From Bdellovibrionales bacterium RIFOXYD12_FULL_39_22 (GTDB taxonomy: Bacteria; Bdellovibrionota; Bacteriovoracia; Bacteriovoracales; Bacteriovoracaceae), in the NCBI GenBank assembly GCA_001770205.1, contig MEQL01000039.1, positions 322,787-386,786 of the forward strand: a stretch of 64,000 nucleotides of DNA, written 5' to 3'. Below the pieces are notes generated by a model. It worked only from the letters and a program-made list of their open reading frames with translations, was not told where the DNA came from and did not search any database. Position 1 is the first letter of the stretch; every line of letters starts with the position of its first letter. The position numbers were made by a program, and so were the translations under genes. Below are positions 31,124-41,464 of this stretch, one piece after another.

Positions 31124-34100
31124 TTATTTTAAGTTTTTAATTAAAAGTTCAATTTGCGGGCGATCTGGAGCTGAAGGAAAAAGTGTGAGGTAAACCTGAA
31201 AATAATTAATAGCAATTTCTCCTTGGCCAATATCCTTGTATACCATTCCCAGCTTACGGCTTAGTTCTGGATTCTCCTGGTTATGTTTGTGTGCTCGAAC
31301 ATAATACTCGCGGGCCTCATCTAGATAATTTTGTCCATATTTCATATCCCCCAACGCGATTAGCACTTCGGGAGAATTTCCATTTCTGGCCACTGCCTCT
31401 TCTAGTCTGCGCATGGCCATTGTATAGCGTTCTTCAACTGTGTCTGCTAGATATGCCATGGCCTTGACGTAGTATCCATGTTCCTTACTAGGATTTATTT
31501 TTATTTCCATATCTGCCATTTCATGTGCTTTTTTCACATCACCTTTTTGTAGAGCAATTTTGGCCAAATAATAATATATAAGCGGATATTCTGGTAATCG
31601 CTTTTTTACTTCGCTAAAGGCCAGTTCTGCATCCTCAGTTCTTCCCTGTGAAAAGCAAAATTCTCCTAATTCAAAACGCATTTCCAAATCACCTGGTGAT
31701 ATTTTCAATAGCATGTCGTAATATTTTATAGCTTCATCCGTTTTTTCTTCTAACTTTGTGGCATAAACCAAAAAGCGATAAAACTCTTCGTCTTTTTTGG
31801 GAAGATTTTCAAATTTCTTTTTATACTCCTCGAATTCATTCATTTGGCCGCTCTGATAGTAGTACTTGCCAATTTCTCCAATGAGCTTAGGGTTCTCGGG
31901 ATTACTTTCTAAAAGATTGCGCAGATAACCAATGGCAACTTCTGGCGCGTCATATTTTTCTTTGTCAAATAAGATGCGAGCATATAGTAAGTGGAAATCA
32001 ATATTTTGCGGATCTAACTCCAACGCATTTCCCAACATTATTTTTGCCATATCATATGCCCGCTGCTTCAAATAAATCCTGGCCAAGCTGTAATAATCTT
32101 GCTCATTCAAAGGATCTCGATAAAGTGCTTCACGATAATTTCTCACCGCGGCCACTATATTTCCAGTGGCCTCTTGATATTTGGCCGAAATTGAAACGTA
32201 ACGAGCAGTATTAAAGAACTTGCTTTCTCCGGCCTGATTTAAACTTTTTTGCGCATCATCATATTGATGAGCATCAATATAAGTATCAATGAGGGTATAG
32301 CGAACGTTGTCGGAGGCAGAATACTCGGAAAAAAGTTTTTGCAAGGTTTCAATTGACTCCACAAAGTATCCTCTTTTTGCCTGCAACTTGGCCATATGAA
32401 GTCTGGCGTCTATATCTTTGGGGCAAAGATCCACGGCCTCAATTGCCAACATCATTGCTTTTTCCCACTCCAGCATCTCCATCATCTCTTTGGATTTTCG
32501 CACTAAATCGCGGGCCTTGGTTTCCAAAAGAAATTCTTGCACTGCTTTGCTTCCACCAATATCAATTGCGGCCAGCTTAGAAATTAAATCATCGGAGGGA
32601 TTAATTTTGAGAGATTTTTGTAAATATTGAACAGCTCCTTCATTGTTTCCCTTCATGGCCATTAGAATGCCGGAATACTCCAGATAGCGACTATAGTAGT
32701 AGGGACTCCTCTCATAATTTATAATTTTGATTCCTGAAAGTAAGGTTTCTAATTTTTCTTTATTTCCTTCGCGCAAGATGTATTCAGCAAAATCCAGCCA
32801 CACTATGGCAAAATCCTTGTACTTTTTGCTGGCCTCAACTAAAAGAGCTCGGCCCTCTTCAAATTTTTCATCATAACGATAAAATTTTGCTAGTCCGAGA
32901 TATACTTCCAGAGGAACGGCATCAACTCCTGCGGCCTGACGGCCTTGATCTAATTTGGCAGCAATTTCTCTTGCCCGATCCAAACGGCCAAGTTCAAGAG
33001 CAATTAAAAGGTGATACGCTCCTTTTTTAAAAGTTGCTACCGTATTTTCATTGATTTTTTTTGCGTCTGCCAACTCTATTAACTTTTTAGCTATTTCATC
33101 TCTTTTCTGTGAAAGGGCCACTGCTTCTTTTTCATCTAGCCCTTCCTCTTTTAATTGTTGATCTATTGCTGCTAGCTGCGATTCTCCAATCAGTCCATCT
33201 TCTGCTTCTTTTTCTAAATCTCGAATTTTCTTTAAAACCCCTATTCTGTGCGTATCAAAATTCTCCATAATATTAAAAGCTGTTTGATATTTTTTCATGT
33301 GATAGAAAAAAATTGCAGAGCCCAAAGCAATGTCTCTATCAACTAATGCCTGGCCTTTAACTAATTTAATTATTTTATAAATTGTCGATGCTGCCACGTC
33401 GCGATCTTGTGCATCTCTAAACAGCTCTGCATAACAAAGAAGTAGCTTTCCGATGGCCTTGTAGTTGTTCTCGTTATTATATTGCCATGATGATTGAAAA
33501 TAGTTGATCGCCTCTAATTTATTATAGTATCTGCCCTTTTGGTATTCTACTACTCCCGATTGATATTGCTCTTCACTTTTTATCTTGTTTATTTCCAAAG
33601 CAACAGGATAAGAAACTTCGACATATTGTGGTTCTCCTTCCGTTTTGATCCCTGTATCTTCATCCGGAACTAAAAGCACAATAAATATTGCTAAAAAAGC
33701 AATTGCCGCAATTGGGCGAATACCTTTTTGCTTTTTCTTATCCCCCTTTGGGGCCCCCTCATTGCTTGGAGGAAGAAGTGCATTCAGCTCTTTTTTTTCT
33801 TGTTCTTCTTGTTGTTTTTTTTCTTCTTCAACTTCTTGCTCTGTTAATTCCACTTCTCGATGCAATTCGGGCAGTAGTTCTTTAACGTTGGCAACTTTTG
33901 TTTCTTCTCTGGTATTAATTTTTTCTTCTTCTGGCGTTTTCTCTGCCTCTTCTAAAATTTCAATCTTCGCGGGGCCATTTTTTTCCATTGTTTTAGCAAA
34001 AAATTCTTTAGGATTATAATTCAAATCTACAATTCTCGTCGCATCGGCTGTCTTTGTGGTGGCCAGTTTTTTGTTTATAATTACTGTCTTGTCGTCCGAA

Positions 34101-34564
34101 GAATTGGATGGATTTGATTTTGTGGATGAATTGCTTTCCTTTTCTCCAGAAGACTTCTTATAATTAAATTCATTAAATGGCCCTGTCTTATCACCACTTT
34201 TTATCTTCGTTTCCAAAACATTTTCCTCTGTCTCATCCTCCTCTTGCACAGATGGTTCATCGCGATAATGCGCCATTTTAGCGGTTAGCTCTTTGTGTGC
34301 GGCGGCAATTGATAAATTTATGACCGTTTCCGATTCTTTTACATCTTGTTGGCCAAGATTTATTTCTTGAGAAATTATTTTTACGATGAGCTTACTAAGC
34401 TCCGAAACTGTTTCAATTGGCTCCCATTTACCATCAGGAAAAACCTGACATTCTTCTGATCCATCTATGATTTTTTTAAAAAACATTTCGCCAATTTTTT
34501 CTATTGGAAAAGGGCCAACAATTCTTTCATTTTTTAATTTAACTCGATATTTTGTACTCATCAT
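31124..34564 (-). CDS. Large membrane-anchored TPR protein with N-terminal GYF_2-like domain
   Basis: N-term YRVK..IVGPF....IIDG....DGKWEPI; acidic disordered linker; KKKQKGIRP then TM IAAIAFLAIFIVLLV; many TPR-like helical repeats (ALELDPQN, ALYRDPLN). Confidence 0.8.
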   Translation of the reverse strand: MMSTKYRVKLKNERIVGPFPIEKIGEMFFKKIIDGSEECQVFPDGKWEPIETVSELSKLIVKIISQEINLGQQDVKESETVINLSIAAAHKELTAKMAHYRDEPSVQEEDETEENVLETKIKSGDKTGPFNEFNYKKSSGEKESNSSTKSNPSNSSDDKTVIINKKLATTKTADATRIVDLNYNPKEFFAKTMEKNGPAKIEILEEAEKTPEEEKINTREETKVANVKELLPELHREVELTEQEVEEEKKQQEEQEKKELNALLPPSNEGAPKGDKKKQKGIRPIAAIAFLAIFIVLLVPDEDTGIKTEGEPQYVEVSYPVALEINKIKSEEQYQSGVVEYQKGRYYNKLEAINYFQSSWQYNNENNYKAIGKLLLCYAELFRDAQDRDVAASTIYKIIKLVKGQALVDRDIALGSAIFFYHMKKYQTAFNIMENFDTHRIGVLKKIRDLEKEAEDGLIGESQLAAIDQQLKEEGLDEKEAVALSQKRDEIAKKLIELADAKKINENTVATFKKGAYHLLIALELGRLDRAREIAAKLDQGRQAAGVDAVPLEVYLGLAKFYRYDEKFEEGRALLVEASKKYKDFAIVWLDFAEYILREGNKEKLETLLSGIKIINYERSPYYYSRYLEYSGILMAMKGNNEGAVQYLQKSLKINPSDDLISKLAAIDIGGSKAVQEFLLETKARDLVRKSKEMMEMLEWEKAMMLAIEAVDLCPKDIDARLHMAKLQAKRGYFVESIETLQKLFSEYSASDNVRYTLIDTYIDAHQYDDAQKSLNQAGESKFFNTARYVSISAKYQEATGNIVAAVRNYREALYRDPLNEQDYYSLARIYLKQRAYDMAKIMLGNALELDPQNIDFHLLYARILFDKEKYDAPEVAIGYLRNLLESNPENPKLIGEIGKYYYQSGQMNEFEEYKKKFENLPKKDEEFYRFLVYATKLEEKTDEAIKYYDMLLKISPGDLEMRFELGEFCFSQGRTEDAELAFSEVKKRLPEYPLIYYYLAKIALQKGDVKKAHEMADMEIKINPSKEHGYYVKAMAYLADTVEERYTMAMRRLEEAVARNGNSPEVLIALGDMKYGQNYLDEAREYYVRAHKHNQENPELSRKLGMVYKDIGQGEIAINYFQVYLTLFPSAPDRPQIELLIKNLK

Positions 34565-34569
34565 CTATT

Positions 34570-35988
34570 CTACTTGATAAAAATTGATGGAAAAATACCC
34601 AAAACAATAAGCGCGATTATCAAGGCCATTTGCATAATAGTGGAAGAGATGGTCACGCGGCCAATCTCTGTTTCATTACTAGAGGCCAATAGCAAATCCA
34701 TCTCCTGGGGATAAACATTAACTTCTGCAATAAATCGCAACAGCGCCACAACACCTAAAACAGATGAAATAATAAAAACAAAAGAAACCAGGAGATGGCC
34801 GTCGCTAATTAGGCCAGAAAATAATAATGCTCTGGAAACGATAACTCCGGAAAGAGGAGCCCCAGTTAAGATTAAAATCGCAAAAATAAATTTCCACTTA
34901 CCAAAATTACTAGCTACAAAATATCTTTTGACTCCACTAAATGTTATTTTTTCCTTTTGATCTTGTGCCCACAGTTCTAATATTACGCTAAACGCCAAAG
35001 ACAACGATAGCATCGTAATTACCAAATGATACATTAGACTACGAATATTTCCATGCTTGTCACTCAATAATATTACTGCCGCCAACAAACTGATTTGAGC
35101 GATCCCGTTGTATGATAAAGATTTTCGCAGTTCTCTTTGCGCAAGTGACATAATATTTCCATAAATGTTACTAGTTACAAATATAACTGCCATTGCCAAC
35201 AAGATAGAGGAATGGAAGGCCGGCGAACTCTTGGCCAGAATTGTCTGCATTGTAACAGTAAAAACGTATATGACTGGTGCTAAAAAAGTAAAAAAATAGG
35301 AAATAATTTGTCCTCGCGAAATACCTTGGTGAATGGCCAACACCCAAAAATTCAATGGGGCCAAGCCGATTTTAAAAATCATTGTTGTTAACAACAATAC
35401 AATGGAAATGCGATATGCCATTTCATTTCCAACAACAATGTTTTCTAGGCCCATCCTTCCGGTTGCCATATAGAAAATTCCTACTCCAATAAAAAAAATA
35501 GTCGAAACTATGGTGTTACTTAAACCTGATTTAATACTAATCTCAATGGCTTCTTTACGATTAGAAAATTGTGGGAGCACCGACATAATATATGAAAGTG
35601 CTTCAATAAAAACAAAAAAGGCAATTAAATTGCTTGTACCCAAAATAAAAATGGAAAAAATTAGCATAAAGCTTGATAGAATCGAACTACCTAGATCAAA
35701 ATATTTCTGAATTCCATTTATGACTACAGTAAGAATGTTCAGTAAACATAAAAGCATAGCAAAACGGACTTCAATCTTGGAAAGAGTCAAATATTTATAT
35801 AATACAATTTCTTTAGAAGAAAAAAATAAATTACCTAGAAGCATTGCCGTTGAAAAAATCAATAGCAGGCCAGAAGCTCTACGCCAGTTTTTACCACCAA
35901 AGGAAACTATTGCGGCAAAACAGGTGACAACAATAAATATCACTATTGTCGTATCGATTTTTAAAATATCATATGCATCAAATTTCAT
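34570..35988 (-). CDS. NuoN-like antiporter-type membrane subunit (divergent)
   Basis: NLIAFFVFIEALS, IEISIK, FKIGLAPLNFW, GNIMSLAQRELRKSLSYNGIAQ, LTGAPLSG. Confidence 0.75.
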   Translation of the reverse strand: MKFDAYDILKIDTTIVIFIVVTCFAAIVSFGGKNWRRASGLLLIFSTAMLLGNLFFSSKEIVLYKYLTLSKIEVRFAMLLCLLNILTVVINGIQKYFDLGSSILSSFMLIFSIFILGTSNLIAFFVFIEALSYIMSVLPQFSNRKEAIEISIKSGLSNTIVSTIFFIGVGIFYMATGRMGLENIVVGNEMAYRISIVLLLTTMIFKIGLAPLNFWVLAIHQGISRGQIISYFFTFLAPVIYVFTVTMQTILAKSSPAFHSSILLAMAVIFVTSNIYGNIMSLAQRELRKSLSYNGIAQISLLAAVILLSDKHGNIRSLMYHLVITMLSLSLAFSVILELWAQDQKEKITFSGVKRYFVASNFGKWKFIFAILILTGAPLSGVIVSRALLFSGLISDGHLLVSFVFIISSVLGVVALLRFIAEVNVYPQEMDLLLASSNETEIGRVTISSTIMQMALIIALIVLGIFPSIFIK

Positions 35989-35992
35989 AAAC

Positions 35993-37399
35993 TCACATCA
36001 CCAGATCTGCGCGAAAAAACGCAATTATATTTTCCGGCAATATCCCCATAAAAAAAATAATGGCCAACAATAAAATAAGCGGCATAAGCTTTCTCCATTG
36101 CAAATGTGCGGGAGCAGGCCACGCTACTTTTGCAGAAGTGAGTGTTGCGACAGCCCCCTTTATGAATATGTAATGGCCGTAAAGTAAAAGTAAAAGCGAG
36201 GCCAAAAGAAAAGCTAGGCCATTTTCTAGCATTGTTGATAGAAAAAAATATTCACTCCCAACAACTGCTGAAAATGGAAACATGATCATAAAAACATATA
36301 AAGCAATAACCAATCCTGCGGGAAAAAAGAAAAACTCTGAAGCGCGATGATATGTTAGTGCACCAAAAAAAGTATTTAACATAGAAATAATAAATAGAAT
36401 ATAAAAGGCCCCTTCATGTGCCCTGTTTGAGGGCGAAAGAATCATCAGGACAATAACAATTCTCGCAAGACGTAAAAAGAAATTGCCAGTGTTACTCTTA
36501 TAATCACTGGTCAGCAGACCTATCGCTGAAGAAAGGATAATTCCGCCTATTATCCATGGCATATAGGCTGTCATCCCCGCATAAAAATAGGTAAAGAAAT
36601 ATTTATATAATCCAAATATAAAAAGCGTGTCATATATAACCACCAGAGAAATATTTAATAGAGAGCTAATTTTTTTATCTGTCTTATTACTCCAATGCTT
36701 CAGTGGAAAAATTCCCATTTTCATCAAATATGCCAATAAAAGCATTGCTCCAACCAAAAGACGTTCTTTTGCGAATTGCTCATCTCCTAGAAATCGTCTG
36801 ACCATTTCATCACTTAATTCAATCACTCCGAAACTAATTTTACCCACAACTAATAATATAACCATTGAGGCCAAAACCAATGCTGATGATATGGATGCAT
36901 ACACCAAAATTTCTTTTACACTTTCCTTATTTCCTAACGTGGATATTAAAAGAAGATATGTGTAAACAACTAATTCTGAAACTAGATAATATTGAAAAAT
37001 ATTTGTACTGCTCAGTGCCAAGGTACTTAGTCCCAAAATAACCATCTGCATAAACATAATCGATCTGCTGTCATATATTTCCTCTCTATGCCAGGTGAGC
37101 AATAATATAATAGTGACAAAATAATTTAGCAGCACAATTAACGAAGATAATTTTGTAATTCCAAAAACAAACAAATAGTGGCCAGCAACCACCGCAGTAT
37201 CAACTGACGTAGTAGAGAAATCAGAAGGCCATCCCTCGTTATACCAAAGAAGACGCACAAGATAGGCAAAAACAGAGAACATACCTAAAAAGCTATAAAC
37301 CCTTACCAGTTTTTTATCTTTAATCTCTAGTAAATATCCTGCCGCCCATAGCATAGGGAGAAAAAGTATTATGGTTTGGCCCCAATAAAAATCCAACAT
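35993..37399 (-). CDS. NuoM-like antiporter-type membrane subunit (divergent)
   Basis: FGITKLS, YYLVSELV, LMKMGIFPLKHW, FPFSAVVGSEY, GILP; position between NuoL- and NuoN-like genes. Confidence 0.65.
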   Translation of the reverse strand: MLDFYWGQTIILFLPMLWAAGYLLEIKDKKLVRVYSFLGMFSVFAYLVRLLWYNEGWPSDFSTTSVDTAVVAGHYLFVFGITKLSSLIVLLNYFVTIILLLTWHREEIYDSRSIMFMQMVILGLSTLALSSTNIFQYYLVSELVVYTYLLLISTLGNKESVKEILVYASISSALVLASMVILLVVGKISFGVIELSDEMVRRFLGDEQFAKERLLVGAMLLLAYLMKMGIFPLKHWSNKTDKKISSLLNISLVVIYDTLFIFGLYKYFFTYFYAGMTAYMPWIIGGIILSSAIGLLTSDYKSNTGNFFLRLARIVIVLMILSPSNRAHEGAFYILFIISMLNTFFGALTYHRASEFFFFPAGLVIALYVFMIMFPFSAVVGSEYFFLSTMLENGLAFLLASLLLLLYGHYIFIKGAVATLTSAKVAWPAPAHLQWRKLMPLILLLAIIFFMGILPENIIAFFRADLVM

Positions 37400-39220
37400 C
37401 TACCTTCCTCCCAAAAGCGCGACAAGTAATAATACCAAAATGATCATTAAAACCAACGTAATGTTTTGTAGTAGATCACTCCGTCGACGTGACAGCAAAA
37501 ATATCCGCAGCATTCTCCAACCATCTGCCAGTAGGACTTGCGGCATTTCCAGCATTTTCTTTAACAAGACGAGGGGCCACACACAAAACTCAATTGCCGC
37601 CTTCGTGCTATAGGAAGTAAAAAGGCCAAGTTCATTACTCCGTCTCATTTTAAAGCTATGTGACAAAAGTAATTGTTCGAATTTTATCGCAATAGAAGAT
37701 CCTTCCTTTAGTTTCTTATGGTATAAAAAGGCAGCAAACGCGGCCAGAAGGGCCACCAAAGAGATGCTGGTTATTGGGATTAATGTTCTCGTGGCAGAAC
37801 TTTCCTCTTGGTTTATGATAAGAAAGTTTGCAACGACACTGTTTTCAGATAGAGAATGATACGTTATAAAAATTTGTGCAATAGACAAAACAAAGTATAG
37901 TGCGGTTAATATCTGTTCTTCTAGCGAAAATGGCCAATTTGTAGATTTAAGTTGCGGATTAAAAGATCGGCCAATCAACAACTCTCCCAAAAATCGCCCC
38001 ACGATAGCAAATGAAAAGATAAACCAGGAAAATCCAAGTATGATAATGTTACCTTGGCCCAGGCCATCATTTTTTAAAATGGCAGTTATCAATGTTGATA
38101 ATTCATGTGAAAATGTAAACGGGAAAATTCCAATAATTGTTGCAATCACATAAAAGACAAGGAATGTTTTAATATCCAACTTTGCCAACAATCGATTGTT
38201 ACTAGCGTAATGAGTATAGGCCAAAAACATCGTAATCAAAAGGCCCGATGCAAATATCTGCGGAGAAAGAGTTGGCAAAACATTAATTGCGGCAACGAAT
38301 GCAAGTAATGAAAAAACACCGGCAATGCGAACAAATACTGCAAAATAACTACTTAACAGAGAAAGACTAATAACACCTAGTAAGAGGTAGCATCCCAAAA
38401 TCATTGTAATTAACGGAGAATGGTTTTGAAACAAGTCAAAAAGGGGAGATAGTCTATAAAATATAATGGCCAAGGGAAAAGAAACAAAACTAATCTCTTG
38501 ATACAACGACATGAGCGGATGATCACCCAACTCCTCTCGATCAGGATAAAACAGTTGATTGCGTAGGCGCAAAATAATTACCATAAACAGAAAAAAATAT
38601 GCCATGGCCAACTTTTTAGAAACAATTGTTTCCGCACTGACTAGGTCATTAAGTTGATAAAAGCTCTCTATCTGAAATTCTGATTGAATCAAAATCCACA
38701 TAGCGGCAACAGCGAGATATTGACTCGTTCTAAGCACAATGTTGCCAACTGTAATTTCTGCAAAAGAAGCCTCAAAGAGGGCCATTAGATCTAAAGCAAT
38801 TAGTGACATCATTAATGTGATACCATTTCCTGACATGGCAACAAACGCCAATATCGTCATCTGTAAAATTAAAGTCATGCCAAATTTTGAACTATTTGTT
38901 GGCCTTGTTGCCTGATATATTTTTATTAAAAGAAAAATAGATAACTGTGCTCCCAATGTAAAAATAGTAAAGCGATCAACTTGAAACATTATGGAACTTG
39001 CTCCAACTCCGATAATCAAATATTTCCACCAAACAATAACTGTCCCAATGGCCGCTTCCGCAATGCTTTTGTTCATTATGAGAAGCAGCACACCCCACAA
39101 AAACCCCGCAATTATTGAAACATATTTAGTGTAGCGTCCATCAAAGAACAGCTTGTCATACAAGCAGAAAAAAACTGCTGAAAACGAAATACCGAAAAAT
39201 AAAAAGAGTAGCACTCCCAC
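37400..39220 (-). CDS. NuoL-like antiporter-type membrane subunit (strongly divergent)
   Basis: 606 aa polytopic; FQVDRFT (cf. D.LS), IFYRLSPLF (cf. RLSPLF), GIFPFT, C-terminal amphipathic helix plus last TM. Confidence 0.6.
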   Translation of the reverse strand: MGVLLFLFFGISFSAVFFCLYDKLFFDGRYTKYVSIIAGFLWGVLLLIMNKSIAEAAIGTVIVWWKYLIIGVGASSIMFQVDRFTIFTLGAQLSIFLLIKIYQATRPTNSSKFGMTLILQMTILAFVAMSGNGITLMMSLIALDLMALFEASFAEITVGNIVLRTSQYLAVAAMWILIQSEFQIESFYQLNDLVSAETIVSKKLAMAYFFLFMVIILRLRNQLFYPDREELGDHPLMSLYQEISFVSFPLAIIFYRLSPLFDLFQNHSPLITMILGCYLLLGVISLSLLSSYFAVFVRIAGVFSLLAFVAAINVLPTLSPQIFASGLLITMFLAYTHYASNNRLLAKLDIKTFLVFYVIATIIGIFPFTFSHELSTLITAILKNDGLGQGNIIILGFSWFIFSFAIVGRFLGELLIGRSFNPQLKSTNWPFSLEEQILTALYFVLSIAQIFITYHSLSENSVVANFLIINQEESSATRTLIPITSISLVALLAAFAAFLYHKKLKEGSSIAIKFEQLLLSHSFKMRRSNELGLFTSYSTKAAIEFCVWPLVLLKKMLEMPQVLLADGWRMLRIFLLSRRRSDLLQNITLVLMIILVLLLVALLGGR

Positions 39221-39510
39221 TATTCATCCCTTTCAAAAATATCTGTCTTTAACGACTTCTTTTCTTCATGTAAAAAAACAAACTGGCCCAACAGTAAAAT
39301 TAACATCAAAATAATAGGAACCATCGAATAGAGGCCAAAAACTACGCCTTCCGGGCCATGATTAGCAATAGAAAGAAAATACATTAAGAAAAATGAACCG
39401 TTCCAAAAAAATAAAATAGCAAGCAGTTGATCTACTGCTCCTCTTCTCATGGCCATCCGGATAATGCCAGAACAGATTATTAGTACGGTGATTAGCAAAT
39501 ATAAGTTCAC
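39220..39510 (-). CDS. NuoK-like small membrane subunit (divergent)
   Basis: 96 aa, 3 TM, MRR after TM1, EGVVFGL (cf. GQVFAL); position in operon. Confidence 0.6.
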   Translation of the reverse strand: MNLYLLITVLIICSGIIRMAMRRGAVDQLLAILFFWNGSFFLMYFLSIANHGPEGVVFGLYSMVPIILMLILLLGQFVFLHEEKKSLKTDIFERDE

Positions 39511-40019
39511 ACCGACTCATCCTTCTGTTTTTTTATTAATCCTAGCGTAAAAACAGTTATAAAAATTAATATAAAAATCGCAAAATATATCATACGGTGT
39601 TCCACAAAAATTGGATTTAAAACTTCAATAGAAGTTCCTACTACCTCTTGGCCAACTATTTTTTTTCCATCTTCAAAGAAAACAGCGTTTTCCTTTAGAA
39701 AAATTATAACTATCCCCAAAAGGGAAGAAAAAACAATTAAGAAAATTACAAACAGTGAGCGCTGGCACTCATCCATAAAATTTTTTCTAATTGGATCGGA
39801 GACCTTGTTTTGCACCAAAATAGCAAGAAGTGCTACAATTGTTGTTGCCACGGGAACAAAAATAACGGGGGTCGACCAAAAAACTTCCCCTACAACGAAA
39901 GTAAGCGTCATTGAGGTGAAAATCAAAGCACTAGCAGATACAACAATATTTTTGCTCCATAAAAATATCATCCCCGAAAGGAGCATAACTACGGCCACTA
40001 ATATTTCCCAGATTACCAC
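39507..40019 (-). CDS. NuoJ-like membrane subunit (divergent)
   Basis: 170 aa, about 5 TM, SKNIVVSASAL (cf. NPVHSAL); position between NuoH- and NuoK-like genes. Confidence 0.55.
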   Translation of the reverse strand: MVIWEILVAVVMLLSGMIFLWSKNIVVSASALIFTSMTLTFVVGEVFWSTPVIFVPVATTIVALLAILVQNKVSDPIRKNFMDECQRSLFVIFLIVFSSLLGIVIIFLKENAVFFEDGKKIVGQEVVGTSIEVLNPIFVEHRMIYFAIFILIFITVFTLGLIKKQKDESV

Positions 40020-41083
40020 TTAAAATACCCCTGTTTTATAAAAATGACGGTAGTAATTAGATTTAACAAACCAATAATAAAAAACCTATTCCAAGAAATA
40101 CTCATTAGAAAAAAGTTTGAATGTTTGGGTATAATTACCTTGGCAAAATTTATAATAAATAAAACTGCCGAAGTTTTTAACAAAAAGATAGAAACTTGAA
40201 TAATCGGGATATAGTGCTGTGAAGAAACAATGCCAATTTTATCCAAGTGGCCAGTGTAAAAAATTGGGCCATATCCTCCAAGAAAAATAGCTGTTATCAG
40301 CATGGCCCCAATAACTATATGTACGTTATTAAAAAAACGTAAAACAAGAATAAAAAAAAGATCTCGGCCCTTATCTATACCACCGATCCATTCCTTCTCC
40401 AGCTCTATCACACTATATGCGCTAGAATGATCCTTTGATAATACGACAAAAATCACTGATAAAAAGGCAATTGGTTGTATCAAACAGCCGATGGCCGGCA
40501 ATCCACCAATTGTATACTCATTTTGCAGTTGTATGATTTTGTGAAGATCAAAGGTGCCAAAGGCCAAAAAAACAGAAAGCAACGACACCAACAGTGGTAA
40601 CTCCGTCGTCAGTAGCTGTTTATATATGCGATATGATGAAAGCTTTGCTACATTATCTCGCTGGCCAATAGACAAAACAAGATAATATAGGGGATGCATG
40701 GCCATAAGTACTATGAAGAGAAGAAGGCCATCTTTCGAATATAGAACTTCTCCATAATTTAGTTGGCCCCAAAAAGAGAAAGGGGCCATGACTGGTAAAA
40801 CAACAACAGGAGCAATGATAACCACCGTTAGAAAATACAGCAAAAAAAGGTCATTAAAAAAATTATCTGCCGTCGATTTATTAAACATTTTTAAAATATT
40901 TCGTATTCCCGTATTAATTATTTTTCCAGCATTAAACCTATCTGTACGCAAGTTTGTAAGCTTACCAACAACCAACTCCCCCCAAAAAGCATTAAATGCA
41001 ACCAGTCCGGCCAGCAGTACAAGCAAAAATACAATTTTAAAGAATATAATCATTTCGAACATTAAACGCTCACTAATGGTCAT
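40013..41083 (-). CDS. NuoH-like membrane subunit (divergent)
   Basis: GLLLFIVL, KLSSYR..KQLLTTELPL (cf. LGA.R..AQ.ISYE), IIQLQ, LIQPIAF, IFLGGYGP, LLKT, IPK....MSISW; likely start 41083. Confidence 0.7.
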   Translation of the reverse strand: MTISERLMFEMIIFFKIVFLLVLLAGLVAFNAFWGELVVGKLTNLRTDRFNAGKIINTGIRNILKMFNKSTADNFFNDLFLLYFLTVVIIAPVVVLPVMAPFSFWGQLNYGEVLYSKDGLLLFIVLMAMHPLYYLVLSIGQRDNVAKLSSYRIYKQLLTTELPLLVSLLSVFLAFGTFDLHKIIQLQNEYTIGGLPAIGCLIQPIAFLSVIFVVLSKDHSSAYSVIELEKEWIGGIDKGRDLFFILVLRFFNNVHIVIGAMLITAIFLGGYGPIFYTGHLDKIGIVSSQHYIPIIQVSIFLLKTSAVLFIINFAKVIIPKHSNFFLMSISWNRFFIIGLLNLITTVIFIKQGYFKW

Positions 41084-41441
41084 TAAAAATTTTAAATCTT
41101 TGGAAAAAGCGCACACCGCCCAGTAAAAGATACGCCAAAAATAAAATACCAACAGAAAAAAGAACGATCTCAAATCCCGCCCCGTCTTTTTTGTTTAAGA
41201 AAAAAACCAAAGATGGGATTAAAAAAAGTAACGCAATAATAAAAACCGCTAAAATGACAAATTCAATTTCTCTACCTATAGAGTAGTTATTGGACAAAGA
41301 ACGCATCTTACTCTGCATTATCTCCTGGCCACTTGTTCTTGAAAAATTTTTGACATGACTACTGTTAACAAAACGCAACAACCCATAAATGGCCAAATCC
41401 AAAAAAAATAGGAAAATTAAAAAAGTAACTAATGACGACAA
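41073..41441 (-). CDS. NuoA-like small membrane subunit (divergent)
   Basis: 122 aa, 3 TM with long TM1-2 loop, LLFLIP, LAYLLLGG (cf. Y.W.KG); lacks ECG and FDVE motifs. Confidence 0.5.
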   Translation of the reverse strand: MSSLVTFLIFLFFLDLAIYGLLRFVNSSHVKNFSRTSGQEIMQSKMRSLSNNYSIGREIEFVILAVFIIALLFLIPSLVFFLNKKDGAGFEIVLFSVGILFLAYLLLGGVRFFQRFKIFNDH

Positions 41442-41464
41442 CGCCCGACTCCCTTCGTTTGCGA

